A stretch of 64,000 nt of DNA from Nymphaea colorata (Eukaryota). The stretch is from positions 14,012,001 through 14,076,000 of the forward strand of contig NC_045138.2 in NCBI RefSeq assembly GCF_008831285.2, read 5' to 3'. Under the pieces are notes generated by a model. That model was not told the origin of the DNA. It saw nothing but the letters and a program-made list of their open reading frames with translations, and searched no databases. Every line of letters begins with the position of its first letter. Position 1 is the stretch's first letter. Of the stretch, positions 14,680 through 28,357 are shown one piece after another. A program made the position numbers and the translations under genes.

Positions 14680-15135
14680 GCGACGTCAGGCAACTAATTT
14701 CTCCACCTGACATCCCACGTGGCTCGTCGAACGTAGCACGTTGAGATGACGCCTGAGTGATGTACAGCCTGGCACGCTGCCCCAGAAACGCGTCTCCTCT
14801 GCTGAGCTGGCACATGATGAACTCATCAAAGGACATGAGAATCGCCACATGGACTCATATGGACCGTCGGATCAAAATAAATGTCCAGTTCGGTACCACG
14901 GCGGGCCCCACAAATCCGCGTTTCTTTCACGTCAAGGAACAAGTGCTCTCCAGCTGGCCTCAGTCGGCCTGCCACGTCATCCAACACGTGTCTTCGTGGC
15001 CAAGATCATCAGTTCACTACCCGGGAAGGCTCGTCGGCGCCGTTTGAGGCTGACGTGGCACGAGCACCTTAGGTAGCACCCTGAAATTATAGTGGGTCCC
15101 AGCGGATCGAGCGGGCCGCAGCTCGTGGTGGGTCC
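14680..15135. promoter_or_regulatory. CpG-rich cluster of ACGT-core (G-box/ABRE/C-box) and GTGGGTCC motifs with no adjacent gene
   Basis: About 8 ACGT cores in ~380 bp (e.g. CCCACGTGGC, GCCACGTCAT, AACACGTGTC, TGACGTGGCA) plus two GTGGGTCC motifs, set in AT-rich flanks. Confidence 0.45.
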
Positions 15136-18100
15136 TTTGGATTTTCGGTTTTTTTTCCTTCGGATCCATAATGGGCTGTGATTATGACTCTTGATGTCGT
15201 TTTAAGGATGCAATCACTATTATTGACGCGATAATATTCACTGTACTTGTGATTAAATATAAGGGCGAAATCATAATTTGTTTGACGATGACGTCACAAG
15301 TTCGTAGCTAGAGATAATGCGGCTTGTTATGCTTAACAAACGCGTTCAATACACTCATATTTTGGTGTTCATTCCAGAACTTAGTGCTCCCTTGAGCCTT
15401 TAATTATGGACTCAAGAAGTTGGTGCGTTAATTAGGTCTAACGTGCATTGAGGACTTTGACTAAACCGGACGGAACGTGCACACATAAAATTTAGACCTA
15501 ATTCGAGTTATATATATTAGAAACATAACTATAGCGCGACGAAGGAAGAAAAAAAAAAAAAATCCGTTCCTTGCGAGTTTTGGCTTTCATGAGATTCGGA
15601 TGATCGTGATGGTTTAGTTGAGCTGGTAGCACATAAAATATTATTAAGAAGAAATGCCCACCAACAAAAATTTGTTTGCTAGTTAATTGATATGGACGGT
15701 ACGCTACGTTTTTAGAATACGAACACGAGACGATACGAGCTGCCTAGCTTTTATTGGCACAAATTACTGCCTCATTTGTCATTTTTTTATGACATGTTCT
15801 GAGTTCTAGAACCGCTACTAGAATACGGGTAGTTATACACATTTTCTATTGATATGTCATTTAAATTAACTCATACGTCGCACTTGCTCTTATTTGCAGC
15901 AGTCTAAATGAGTAAACATCATGAAGCATAACATCCCATAGAATTCAAATGTTTGACCCTTTGAATGTGAGCTACCTCGCTGCTACTTGCTAGCTGATTA
16001 GGTGAGTGGTGTCTCAAGATGTGTTTTTGAGACATTTTTATCTAAATATCATCTTCATAATCAAACAAGCCGCAACACTCTAAGTAGCAGAGTCAGAAAT
16101 TTTTTGTTAAGGGGGCATGGTAATTTGATTTAGGACCCTTCAAATTTCTTTCGTATATACATATGAAAATATTGAAAGGACACCAATAAGTAATAAAAAA
16201 AAAGTTTCAAATTCAATCTCTATGTTTTTTTGTTGAAATAAGTTATTTTGTAATTATAGATTAAGTTGGTTACACAAGCGTTTTTCGTATTATTAGTGAT
16301 CTTAAAAAAGTCCTCGTGTTGCATCTCATTTTGCCGCTACTTTTTATATGAAAAGGCAACTGTTTTGCTCACATTGTTACTAATTTTGTTAATCCAAAAT
16401 TGGTACATTTTAGTGGCAGCTACACCAAATATTTAAGAAGCACCTTATTAACCTGCCCATTTATGTTCACTCTAAGACTTAGGTCTGTAGGCACACATGG
16501 GACTCATTCATGAGATGCATGACTCAAAAGGCAAAGAATGATTCATAGACCATCTTTTATAATCACCATTATTACTGATACCCTTGTTTTTAAAATTTAA
16601 ATTAGTGATGGTAACTATCAATGAAGATACTATCCATTTGTGGTAAGGAAAAGGTTACAAGTGCAATTGAGTCTGATGCAAGACATTCCATTATCCAACT
16701 ATCATCATCACCATGGCCCAAGGCCAGGTGGAAAATGGCACCCTGTAATCCGTGTTTGCTTGTCATAGGAAATTTTTTCCACGCCAGCGAGCCGGCACGT
16801 GGAGCCAAAGAAAAATGCTTTTGTTTTCTTGTTTGTTTGGTTGGAAAGCACCATTTTCCGATTGCTTTCCACAAGGTGTGGATGGGTCACAAGGAATATT
16901 CCCACGCCCGTGTGAAAGAAGCCGATGGCGAGGAAAATCAGTCCAAGACTATGACTGTAGATGGGGAAATGGCTAGCTTAAACGAGCTTGCTACAACAAC
17001 TCTTGTTTGATTTGAAGTCTTAATTTGATGTCAATTCTCTTGCCGACAGCCATTCGCCATCGATTCGCATCGTTGATTTTTCAAGTATATCATTTGTTAA
17101 TGAACATGTTGAGGAAGCGTTTCTTTCTATACATGTATAAGAAGCTTAAAAAAAAAATACCGATATATAAGTTGAATCATAATATCCTGGAATGCTGAAA
17201 GCCAATGGCAGAGCTATTATATATTAGCGAGTGCATGCAATTGCCGACACCAGCCCCTCAAAATATCTTTTATGTTCTTATTGTTAGTTTGCATGAGTTT
17301 GTAAATTCAAGAAGGGCTAGAAAGTCTCCTGAAAGAAAATTTATAATAATGTTTTGATATGTTGATATATTTTTTTATTATGGAAGCAAAAAAATACCAA
17401 AAAAAAAGAAAAGAAAGAGAAAAGCGGTGGTCCATACACCTAATAAATGCAAGTCAATCTGGGCAGAGGTGGCCCAAGTCCAAGCAAAAGAGAATGATTC
17501 TTCTTGTACCTTTTCTGGAAGCGTAGGGAGACGGAAAAGGCAAACCCTTTTTTTTTATTTCCTTTCCACGCAAAAACTGCATGCCCCGGAAAATATCGCC
17601 TCTTGATTTTTACAAACAGTAGTTTTTTTTTTTTTTTTTTCATTTATTATACAAAATTTCCCAATTGGCTGTCCTGGGCGATTGAATCTTACTTACTTTG
17701 TTCATTTCATTATTTTATTCTTTGGCTATTTTTGCCTCAATGTCACCGCGAGAGTAAATGAATAAAAATAAAGTGGGTAATTTTTTACATCATTTTAGAA
17801 GGCAACCCAAGTTTGAACTCTTCATTAGGAACAGTGATAAAATCCCTTTAAAATTGGAAGGTTGTGTGTTCTGTACAACACCGAACGGTTTCTATTTCTC
17901 CCTCTTCGGTTGTTTATTTCATGCGTAAGGCAGACACTTCTCATAAAACATGGCCAATTTCATGAACTTAGATCTGGTTCTAAGCAAAAATACTGAACTT
18001 CTACGATGACACAACTATCTCTTCCTCTCTCTCTCTCTCTCTCTTATATATATATATATATATATGTGAAGAGTAGAGAGGATTGACCTGGGAGATCCTA

Positions 18101-21100
18101 TTATTTATAAATAATGATTTGAGAATTGCAGCAGCAACTGCATGAATTAAAAATTATGGTATTGTCAAGGTCAAGTTGATGAGGGGATCCGATGCGTTGT
18201 AGAAACTTTGCCCCCTCCTTTGCCAACGGCTAGTTAATATCAAAATCATGAAAAGTCAATTCCAAACATGGGTCGGGCAGCATCGTGTCCCTACCGCTAT
18301 ATAGACTTTTTGTTTTGCAGGCAAAATCAAAGCGGAAAATATTAGCGCTTCTTTTATAGTTCCCCTCTTCCACATTGAAAGGGACTTATATCATGCTTGT
18401 TAATGGCCTGACATGGACGCACATGAATTTGTTCCTAACTGTAGAAATAGTGGATCTGTTAAGTCTGTCTATACTAAACCTACAAAGTAAAGTAGTGTTG
18501 TTCCTAGTGTCCAGGATCGCGCCAGGGCCGATGTAAAGACAGTGTAACCTTCAGCTTAGTGTGGCGCCTTCCACAACTTAGTCAAGCTGATCATTGAGCT
18601 TTTACGTGTTTGTCAGTTCGACCAGCTATGTTATGTTTGATCATTCATGCGGCCTTTCACTAGTTTTCGTTTCTCTTGATACATTTCTCAGGGGAAAAAT
18701 AAGAGTTTCGCTTGGTGCTTCACCTTAGAAGTGGCAGCCACCGGGTGATCGGATCTGCCTTCCTTCTGTCATTGTAAAACATTAAAAAATATATGTATAG
18801 ATAGATAGATGATAAGTTACCGCCAAAATTTTACCGTGACATCATCGGTGGTGATTTTCTTTTGCTTGGTCTTTTAATAGGTTTTATTGCGAGTGCCGAG
18901 TAGCATGTGGTCCATGTCCTACGCAAACCGATCGCAGTGAAGGAGGAGAAATAAATTCAAGGCAGAAATGTCATCGACGTCCTTTGAGATATAATTTCAC
19001 GTCACATGCAATCCAGTGGAAACCAAAAAACTTCCCCCATCAGAACAAGTTCCACCTCACGGCACAAGATGCCCGTTTGGCTGCGATCCGTGTTCCTGAA
19101 CTTTAGTATTTCCAAGACTTAAAAATCAGGAAATCAAGAACTCGTTCACATTTTGTGCCCACTTTAAACACCACGGACGACGCCGTACTCTTTAACTTTA
19201 GTGGCGAACCACAGGAGAATGACGGCCTCTGGCGTCCTTTTCAAGGGTTGTGGTCACGGTCTCGTGGAAGACGGACCAGATCTGGTTTTTTTTGGGTAAT
19301 AGAACGACCCGGTCCAAACTGACTTAGTATTAGGGGTTGATGCAGATGCCCCTTAGCTCACTCTAACTTATAAAGACTTTTTGGAACGTTTGAAAAAATC
19401 TTGGACATAAAACTATGTGTCTCAATCACCTCCTTTTGAACCACACAGCAAATGGCATAATTCTTCTAATATGATGTGAGATCTCATGTTTGAATAGGTC
19501 CAAATTTTGAACTCAATTATAATACAACAACTAAAGTGTCTGGTCATTCTAACTTGATCTACAGCCAGCTTTTGGTTTTCATTATCGAAAATGCTACGAA
19601 CTAAAAATACGACAAAAAAAGATCAATAAGAAAAAAAATCCTAAAAATGATATATAAGATCTAAAACACAAAACTATTAGCAAATACCAATTTCATAAAC
19701 TCATCCGCATAATCATCAAGGGTTGAACAAAGATCTGAGATGAATGTGAAGGCGGTGTTGCATTAGTGGAGTACAGAGGAATGTGGGCTCTTCTAGTTCT
19801 ACTCAACTTTGTCCCCTTTTGGTTTGGTCTTCATCTTACTGGCTGGCATCTACGGGCGCCAAATTATAAAATAGGAGAAGAAAACGGGTCAAGCCTGGGG
19901 ACCCGATCCGTATGGTGGGGACCAAGGGCCACCGGCGGGTTGGTGGACGGTGGGGGGGGGCTTCGTGAAGAAGGGTCTGGACTCTGGAAGGATAGTTTCG
20001 TCTTTTTCTTGTATACAGTGTCCTTGCGGTGAGGGCCGCACCTAAGGGTTGTGTGGCTGCTCTGACGTGATCTGAAAGGCGAGGATTAAGAAGGAGATGA
20101 TCTGGAGATGGACGCCCGGATCTTTGGAGGCACCCTCAAGTGAATGAACACATGCCTCATGTGATTACTTCCCTGCTATGATCACGAGAAGGAGGTGCAT
20201 TCTCTTCCTACGAGTCCCCACCTCCATCACTGCAAAGTCTGCCCATTTACAGTCGTATCTCTAGATCCTCACCTTGTTTTTGATTGAGCACACCTGTCTG
20301 TCTCATTGTGGTGCAGGGAGAGAGAGATCGGAGGCTTAGGCCAAATCTACCCGTATCTTCTCTCTCCTTTCCTCACATGGATTCAGACTTGGATGGTTCT
20401 CTCAATCTCTGTGGATCTAACGTGTAGACTTCGCTCATACACTCAGCCAGGGGGGAGGAGGGGGGAAGAAGGTGGATTTTTACCGGTCGACCTCTCTGCC
20501 CCTCTCTCTCGGTTCTCTCTGCGCTGTCTGTGTGCCGAAAGCCGACGGTGACTGTCGCTTGTTTAACAAATAAGAAAGGGAATCGAGGGCCCACAGGGTA
20601 AAACAAACCCCCATTTTCTGATTCGTTTACGCGTGAAAATTGGTGCAAGTGCAGCCAGCCAGCCTCTCCTTCCCTCTCTTTCTATCTGCGCGGCGTGTAT
20701 AGAAAGGTGCATATATATTTTAATAATTTCCCATATTCCTGCGGTCCGTCCTCCCCACATGGGCCCGTCCCTCGCCTCGTTTACTCCTCCCTCGACTTCA
20801 CCATTACCCATTGTCCACTGCCCACTACCAGACTCTCGCTGAGCCGATTCCCCATCTCTGAAATCGATTCATCCGGTGTCGGTGGAGTCAAAACAGAGGG
20901 GACCAGCCGTGGAGGAAGGAAGGAAGGAGGAAGCAAGAGGGGAGAAAAGAGGAGGGAATGGCAGGCTAACATTGATTTTTTCGTTTTCTTTTTGGGTTTC
21001 TTGGGTCTTCTTTACCTTGTTTTTTAATATTTACTTCAATGTGGGTTTTTTAATGGTTCATCTTTTTGGGGTTATTGATTATCTCTCAAGATTAAGGTTT

Positions 21101-21218
21101 CTGTACAATCATTTTTAAGTGGGTGTTGGGATTTCAACATTTAGGGGAGGAGGGAGGGGGAGAAAGAGGAGAGAGAGATTGCTCCGTTCCTCCTCCGCTG
21201 GTTTCTTCTCTAGGGTTT

Positions 21219-21348
21219 ATGGCTACCAATGGCCGGCTTATTGCTGGCTCTCACAACAGGAACGAGTTCATCTTGATCAATGCCGAGGAACTAAGCAGGG
21301 TATGCGCATCAAAATTCCATCTTCTCTCTCTCTCCCTGCCCCTTCGTT

Positions 21349-21382
<34 letters not shown>

Positions 21383-24300
21383 GACACACTCTCACATCTG
21401 ATCTTGTTTCTTCTGCTGTTGATCGAATGCCTATCTGGTTTGACTGTTTTTTGCTTCTTCAGTCGATGACTTCTTTTCCTCTCCTCCTCCTGTTGCTTTC
21501 TGATCGATTGTCCTTTTGAAGCTCCTCTGCTTCTGCTCTTCCTGTTCCACGCATTTAGGTGCTTTTAGTTTTCCCGTTTGCTTTCCGTTCTTGTAATGGT
21601 AAAAATTGTGTTTTTTCCCTGTTTCTACACGATCCCTGAAGGGTACCCATTTGATATTTTTGCGATCATCATTCTCTGCAGTGGATCCAGCGTTGTGTTA
21701 ACTGCTGTATTCTTCGATAATCCTGCTTTATTTGTAAAATGTTCGTTCCTGCTCCCTATTGCTTAGGAGTTGTTTTCAAGCGTGTCGAGCTTACTTTTCC
21801 TCCTTTTAATTAGCATATTTTAGTTTTCTGAAACTTTTTCCTTCTTGTTATTCTGTTTTTTTTATTTATTTCGAAGGTCAGTAGATTCTCTTTTTTCTCT
21901 TTGTATTTTCATCTCATTTTCTCTCTCTGATATATCAGGTTACTCTTAGTTTATGATTTTTCTCTTGTTTTAAATGTTGTTTTCTGGTGGCCTTCTTTCA
22001 TTCATGACCTTAATCACGTCTTCTCATCCAGTATTGGATAGATATGTTTGTCTCTGTGGTGTGGATGGATGTTTCTGTCTTCATCCGTAATCATTATCTG
22101 TCAATAATATAAGGTGAACCATTGTTGAGAATTTTCCCATCTGATTACTTATTCAGTGGGTTTAATAGTCGATTTCTCTGCCTCACACAGTATTTGCCAA
22201 ATCGTAGTGATACATTGGGTTCTCATTTGGATCGTGCGGACATATTTCTGCAGCTAATCTTTTCTTCTTATTATTTTCCACCTTCGATGACCTGGATTGT
22301 GTTTTTCTTTTCGTTTTGCAGCACAATGAAGGGAAAGAATTGAGTGGGCAAATATGTCAGATATGTGGTGATGGGATTGAGAAAACAGTGGATGGAGAGC
22401 CTTTTGTGGCCTGTAATGAATGTGCCTTCCCCGTCTGTAGGACTTGCTATGAGTATGAAAGGAGAGAGGGTACTCAGGCGTGCCCGCAGTGCAGGACTAG
22501 ATACAAACGTCATAAGGGTAAGTTTCTATTAGTTTGCCTTTTCTTCAGCTTATATGTTCTTCTGATATGTTGCCTTCTTGAAATAAGTTTCACTGATTTA
22601 TATGTTATTCTGATCCTCGAAGAACATGCGTAAGTCCAGTAAGCAAAGTTAATGAGAAAAATCAGTTCCCTTTGCTGCTGGAAATGCAGAGGTGTAGGAT
22701 GATACAAGGCCCTGAGTGTTTCACTTTGCCTAAGAAAAATAAGAATAGTAGGCAATTGCGGAAGATTGTTTAGAAAGTTTACTTGCATAACCAGAAGAAA
22801 TAGCCTTTTGTCCTTGTAAAAGTTATGGATTATTTAAAAACAATGTTGTTTTCTCCCTTGTTTGCTGAATAATTATTGAGATTTCATGAACGTGTCCTTT
22901 TCAGGCAGCCCTAGAGTTGAAGGGGATGAGGAGGAAGATGATGTTGATGATTTGGAGAATGAATTTGGTTTTACAAATCATGGAGATCAACGAGGTTCTC
23001 ACCATCTTGTGGAGTCAATGTTGAATGGCCATCTTCATGTTGGTCACGAGGATTCTAGAGAAGTCCTTGGAACTCAGGGCTCATCCATCTCTGACATTCC
23101 ACTTCTCACATATAGAGGCGAGGTGCTCAATTGTACTGATTATCCTCACGTGTTTTCTTGGACCCATCTTGACAGAATTCTATCTATGTTCAGTTTTCAT
23201 TTTGTTTTCTGCACTTGCAGGATGTTGGGGTTTCTCCTGATAGCCATGCTCTTATTGTACCTCCATTTATGGGGGGTGGCAAGCGTGTTCATCCAATGCC
23301 ATTTCCAGATTCTTCATTGTCTTGTAAGCTGCTTGGAGGGTGGACTAGTGCTATTTATTTATGTTTTTCGATGTTTCTTTTCTTATAGTAAAGTTTCTGG
23401 ATTGCAGCCGTGCAGCCTAGACCACTGGATCCCAAGAAAGACTTGGCTGTCTATGGATACGGAAGTGTGGCATGGAAAGATAGAGTTGACGAGTGGAAAA
23501 AGCGGCAGAATAAACTGCAGATGGTTAAACATCAGGGTGAAAATGGTGGAAATCCAGATGGTGATGGACCTGGTGATCCAGATTTGCCCACGTATGTAGT
23601 TGTTATAACACATTGTTGACTTATGTTTTGTGAAATTCTATATTTGCATTTCATTATAACGAGCAATAAAGGTGATTCATATTGACATACATTTAGTTCG
23701 GTAACTAGTCTTACCCATTTGGTTTGATAAATAATCCTGCAATTTGCATGAAAGCATAAAATTCATTGTCGTATCTCATATAATTTTACACTTTAATTAT
23801 ACTGTTTGAGTGATCAAATATAAATAGTCAATAAAGTATGTTGACTTGTTCTTGTGTTAACTATGATTTACATTTTTTTTCAATCATTTGAAAAACTGTG
23901 GCGTTCTAATTTTTCAGGAATGATGAAGGAAGGCAGCCATTGTCTAGGAAAGTTCCCATTCCTTCAAGCAAAATCAGTCCATACAGATTGATCATTGTGT
24001 TGCGGCTTGTGGTCCTTGGCTTCTTTTTCCATTACAGACTACTTCATCCTGTCGAAAATGCATATGGGCTGTGGCTTACTTCAGTTATTTGTGAGATATG
24101 GTTTGCTCTCTCTTGGATTCTGGATCAATTTCCAAAATGGTACCCTATCGAACGAGAGACATACTTGGATCGACTGTCATTGAGGTAGTGTATACATTAA
24201 CTTCTCTAAATTTTTCACACTTTTTTTTCTCTTATGCCATCATCAGCATATGGATGGTTTCCCTCTATTAAATGGTAACTTTTCTTTAGGTATGAGAGAG

Positions 24301-27300
24301 ATGGCAAACCGTCAGAACTTGCTGATATTGACATCTTTGTCAGCACAGTGGATCCCATGAAGGAACCTCCACTAATTACTGCAAATACTGTTTTGTCCAT
24401 TCTGGCTGTCGATTACCCTGTTGAGAAGGTTGCTTGTTATGTCTCGGATGATGGTGCAGCCATGCTTACATTTGAAGCACTTTCTGAAACATCTGAGTTT
24501 GCTAGAAAATGGGTCCCTTTCTGCAAAAAATTCAACATCGAACCTCGGGCTCCAGAATGGTACTTTGCTCAGAAAATTGATTATCTTAAGGACAAAATTC
24601 ATCCAGATTTTATCCGCGAACGACGTGCAATGAAGGTATGTCTTTTTGCTGTATTACATATTTATTACTCTTAAGATTTTGTCCGCCATCCGATAAGTAA
24701 GTTAATTTCAGATGACATAAGTCTGTGAAGCTAAGTCACACGGGTACATGTGATCTGCCCAAGTACCCGTGTTGGTATGCATGTATGGCAACATGGGTAC
24801 ATCATATAGGAGTATGGTTGTATTTAAAACTCAAAAGTTTATATTTTCAAACATAATTTTTTTCTTTAATTTTGATATTCCTTTCTTTTCTATTTCCCTT
24901 CCACCAAGATTCTCCATTTTCCTCTCATCTTTCTTTAATTTTGAGAATTCTTGTGGATTATTATATATATAATGTATATAATTACACATACACTCTGCCG
25001 TACCCCCGTACCCAAATTTTTTAAAATCGCTGTTCCTGTGCCCTATCCATGTGACTTAGTGGTGAAGTAATTCATTTAGTTGTATTTAAGATTAGGTCTT
25101 TATGTTGCATTACTTGGACAGTGGTTGAGCATGTATAGTGTTAATTGGCTTGCTTCTGGCTGAAGAAAATATGAGAATTTGAACTGTAGTTCAAACTTCA
25201 AACTTTTTGCATGGTGGGTATCTTGCATATCATCCTTTTCTAAACACATTTGAAGGCTTGAAGTACTTCCTCAATTAGTAGTCTTTGCTCTTTTGGCTTG
25301 TCAGTGTGTAGATACTGTTAATCCCAGAAGTAAAGTTGTGTCAGCATTTTGTTTGTTTTTCAGAGAGAATATGAGGAGTTTAAGGTTCGCATAAATGGGC
25401 TAGTTGCACAAGCACAGAAGGTCCCTGAAGAGGGTTGGACCATGCAAGACGGGACTCCATGGCCTGGAAACAATGTACGGGATCATCCAGGAATGATACA
25501 GGTAAGAGTTTGCCACAGTTGGTAGTTGGTTCAGGAAAAGTATGTCTTATATCTGATTTCTTATTATATGTGAATCATTGGGTGTATCCTAGTCAGGTTG
25601 CCCTTCACAATTATGTTACTCTAAACGAGTGTCTCATTCTTTTTTGTCTTACAAATATATAGATTTTCTTCACTTTGTCTGAAGGTCTTGCACATGCTAT
25701 AGCTGTATATCGCACTTCAACTGAAGTTTATATCTATATATGTATAATAATCTTCTGCTCCGACTTTTAGCTGCCTGTCCATGTTTCTTGTCTCTTCCAA
25801 ATGATTTTAATGGGATGGCTGCACTAGAGTTGGCATAATTTATAATATCCGAGTTGTTTATTCTGGATTTTTATGTTGGTTTGGATTGAAAATCTTTGAT
25901 TAAGCTTATGCCATAGAGATATGTTGCTACTACGTCTCTTTGGTTCATGTTACTGCATGCTACAGGTTTTAGGTGAACCAGTTTCTTGATTGGTTCTGAT
26001 GTTGGATGTACTGTCACTTAAGGATTAACCTGTTTTATGACCTTCATAGGACTCGAGTCACCTGATGTTGATTGCCTGACAGGTTTTTCTTGGGCCTGAT
26101 GGTGTGCTTGATGTGGAGGGTTGTGAGCTACCCCGCTTAGTGTATGTTTCTCGTGAGAAAAGACCTGGATTTGATCATCACAAGAAAGCTGGTGCTATGA
26201 ACGCTCTTGTAAGTAACACTTCCTTATCTGGACTTTGTGCAGCTACTGGATCAAATGCACTTACTGAATTGTTTTTTGTGACTCAAGGTGCGAGTGTCTG
26301 CCGTTCTCTCAAATGCACCCTATCTTCTTAATGTCGATTGTGATCACTACATAAACAACAGCAAAGCTCTGCGAGAAGCCATGTGCTTCATGATGGATCC
26401 TACGTCTGGTCACAAAGTGTGCTATGTGCAATTTCCTCAAAGATTTGATGGGATTGATCGTCATGACAGATATGCAAATAGAAATATCGTTTTCTTTGAT
26501 GTATGTCATAGAATTCTTGTTTGTACAATGATGTGACCTTTATTGTTTCTTGGAGTTTAACCCTTTCATCCCGTATATCTTTAACAGATTAACATGAAAG
26601 GTTTGGATGGCATTCAAGGGCCAATATATGTCGGAACAGGCTGCGTCTTCAGAAGGCGAGCCCTTTATGGATACAATGCTCCCGTAAGAGAGAAACCTCC
26701 AGGAAAGACGTGCAACTGTTGGCCAAAGTGGTGCTGCTTATGTTGTGGCGCAAGACGAAAGAACAGGAAAGCAAAGACTAAGGAGAAGAAGAACAAAAAG
26801 TTGAAGACAAGAGAGGCTTCTTCGCAGATACATGCATTAGATGATAGTGGGGATGGACTTGAAGGTGATGCTTCTTGTATACTGTAAAGTCTAAATTCTA
26901 ATGTAATTATATGCAGGAAACAAGGATCATTTTTAACATACGAAGAATTTCAGATTGTTGTTTAGTGTGTCGATGACTGACGGCAAGTATTCTTTGATTC
27001 TTCTATTTCCTCTTCAGCAAGCAGTGGTGTCAAAAATTCCCTATTACCTCAGACGAAGCTGGAGAAAAGGTTTGGACAATCACCTGTTTTTGTAGCATCA
27101 ACTCTCAGGGAAAACGGTGGAACAATCCATGCTGCTGATAGTGCGTCACTTCTGAAAGAAGCCATTCATGTTATAAGCTGTGGCTATGAAGACAAAACAG
27201 AATGGGGAAAAGAGGTGAACAAGTCTTGCTTGCAGTTTACCCGTTCTGAATTTGTTGACCTTACCTGGCCTTTATGTTAATGTAGCAAAGCTTTGTCTCT

Positions 27301-28357
27301 TTTGGCAGGTTGGCTGGATATATGGCTCTGTAACTGAGGATATTTTGACCGGGTTCAAGATGCACTGCCATGGTTGGCGCTCTGTCTACTGCATGCCCAA
27401 ACGACCAGCATTTAAGGGGTCTGCTCCCATCAACCTCTCCGACCGTCTTCACCAAGTTTTGCGGTGGGCACTTGGTTCTGTAGAGATTCTTTTAAGCAAG
27501 CATTGTCCAATCTGGTACGGCTATGGAGGTGGCCTAAAGTGGCTCGAGAGATTTTCCTATATCAACTCTGTCGTTTATCCATTGACTGCTGTGCCACTGG
27601 TTGCATACTGTACATTGCCAGCAATTTGCCTTCTGTCTGGGAAATTCATCGTTCCTGAGGTATACTAAACCCAATATATGCCCAATTCGTAAAACTGTCT
27701 TATATTCGGTTCTTTGTTGCTTGTTCTTCTATTACTGATGCCTGCCCATGTCCTTTTATGCTACAGATTAGCAACTACGCGAGCATCATATTTATCGCAC
27801 TATTTGTGTGTATTATAGCAACTGGTGTGCTTGAGATGCAGTGGGGTAAAGTCGGCATTGATGACTGGTGGAGAAACGAGCAGTTTTGGGTGATTGGTGG
27901 TGTTTCTGCTCATCTCTTTGCTCTTTTCCAAGGCCTGCTGAAAGTGCTCGCAGGAGTCGATACTAGTTTCACGGTTACATCAAAGAGTGGGGATGATGGT
28001 GAATTCTCAGAGCTCTACGTTTTCAAGTGGACATCACTGTTAATTGCTCCATTGACGCTACTGATCATCAACATAATTGGTGTTGTCTCGGGGATAGCCA
28101 ACGCCATCAACAATGGTTACGACTCATGGGGTCCCCTCTTTGGGAAGTTCTTCTTTGCCTTCTGGGTCATTGTTCATCTCTATCCATTCCTCAAAGGCTT
28201 GATGGGCAAGCAGAACAGAACGCCAACCATAATAATTGTTTGGTCTATTCTCCTGGCCTCGATTTTTTCACTTGTATGGGTACGAGTCAATCCATTTGTG
28301 AGCAAATCAACTGGACCTGTACTAGAACTCTGTGGGTTGGACTGTGATTATAGCTAA
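21219..28357 (+). CDS. CESA: Cellulose synthase catalytic subunit, CesA6-like (primary wall) clade; 14 exons: 21219-21299, 22322-22517, 22905-23122, 23221-23323, 23408-23591, 23918-24184, 24290-24635, 25364-25501, 26083-26208, 26288-26500, 26588-26864, 27018-27214, 27309-27659, 27767-28357
   Basis: N-terminus [26 protein letters not shown]-type CQICGD...CPQC zinc finger, SDDG, DCDH, TED and QVLRW catalytic motifs, and C-terminal transmembrane segments. Confidence 0.96.
24731..25059. mobile_element. hAT-type MITE in CesA intron 7
   Basis: TIRs CTAAGTCACACGGGT / ATCCATGTGACTTAG (13/15 complementary). Flanking 8-mers CTGTGAAG / TGGTGAAG look like a degenerate 8-bp TSD. The core is AT-rich and non-coding. 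Confidence 0.65.

Noticed and set aside
16621..17010. 129-aa ORF
   Set aside because: No family similarity and no supporting gene structure.
18707..18748. TCGCTTGGTGC (miR168 5' half) in a short hairpin
   Set aside because: Only 11 nt match and the hairpin is too short for a precursor.
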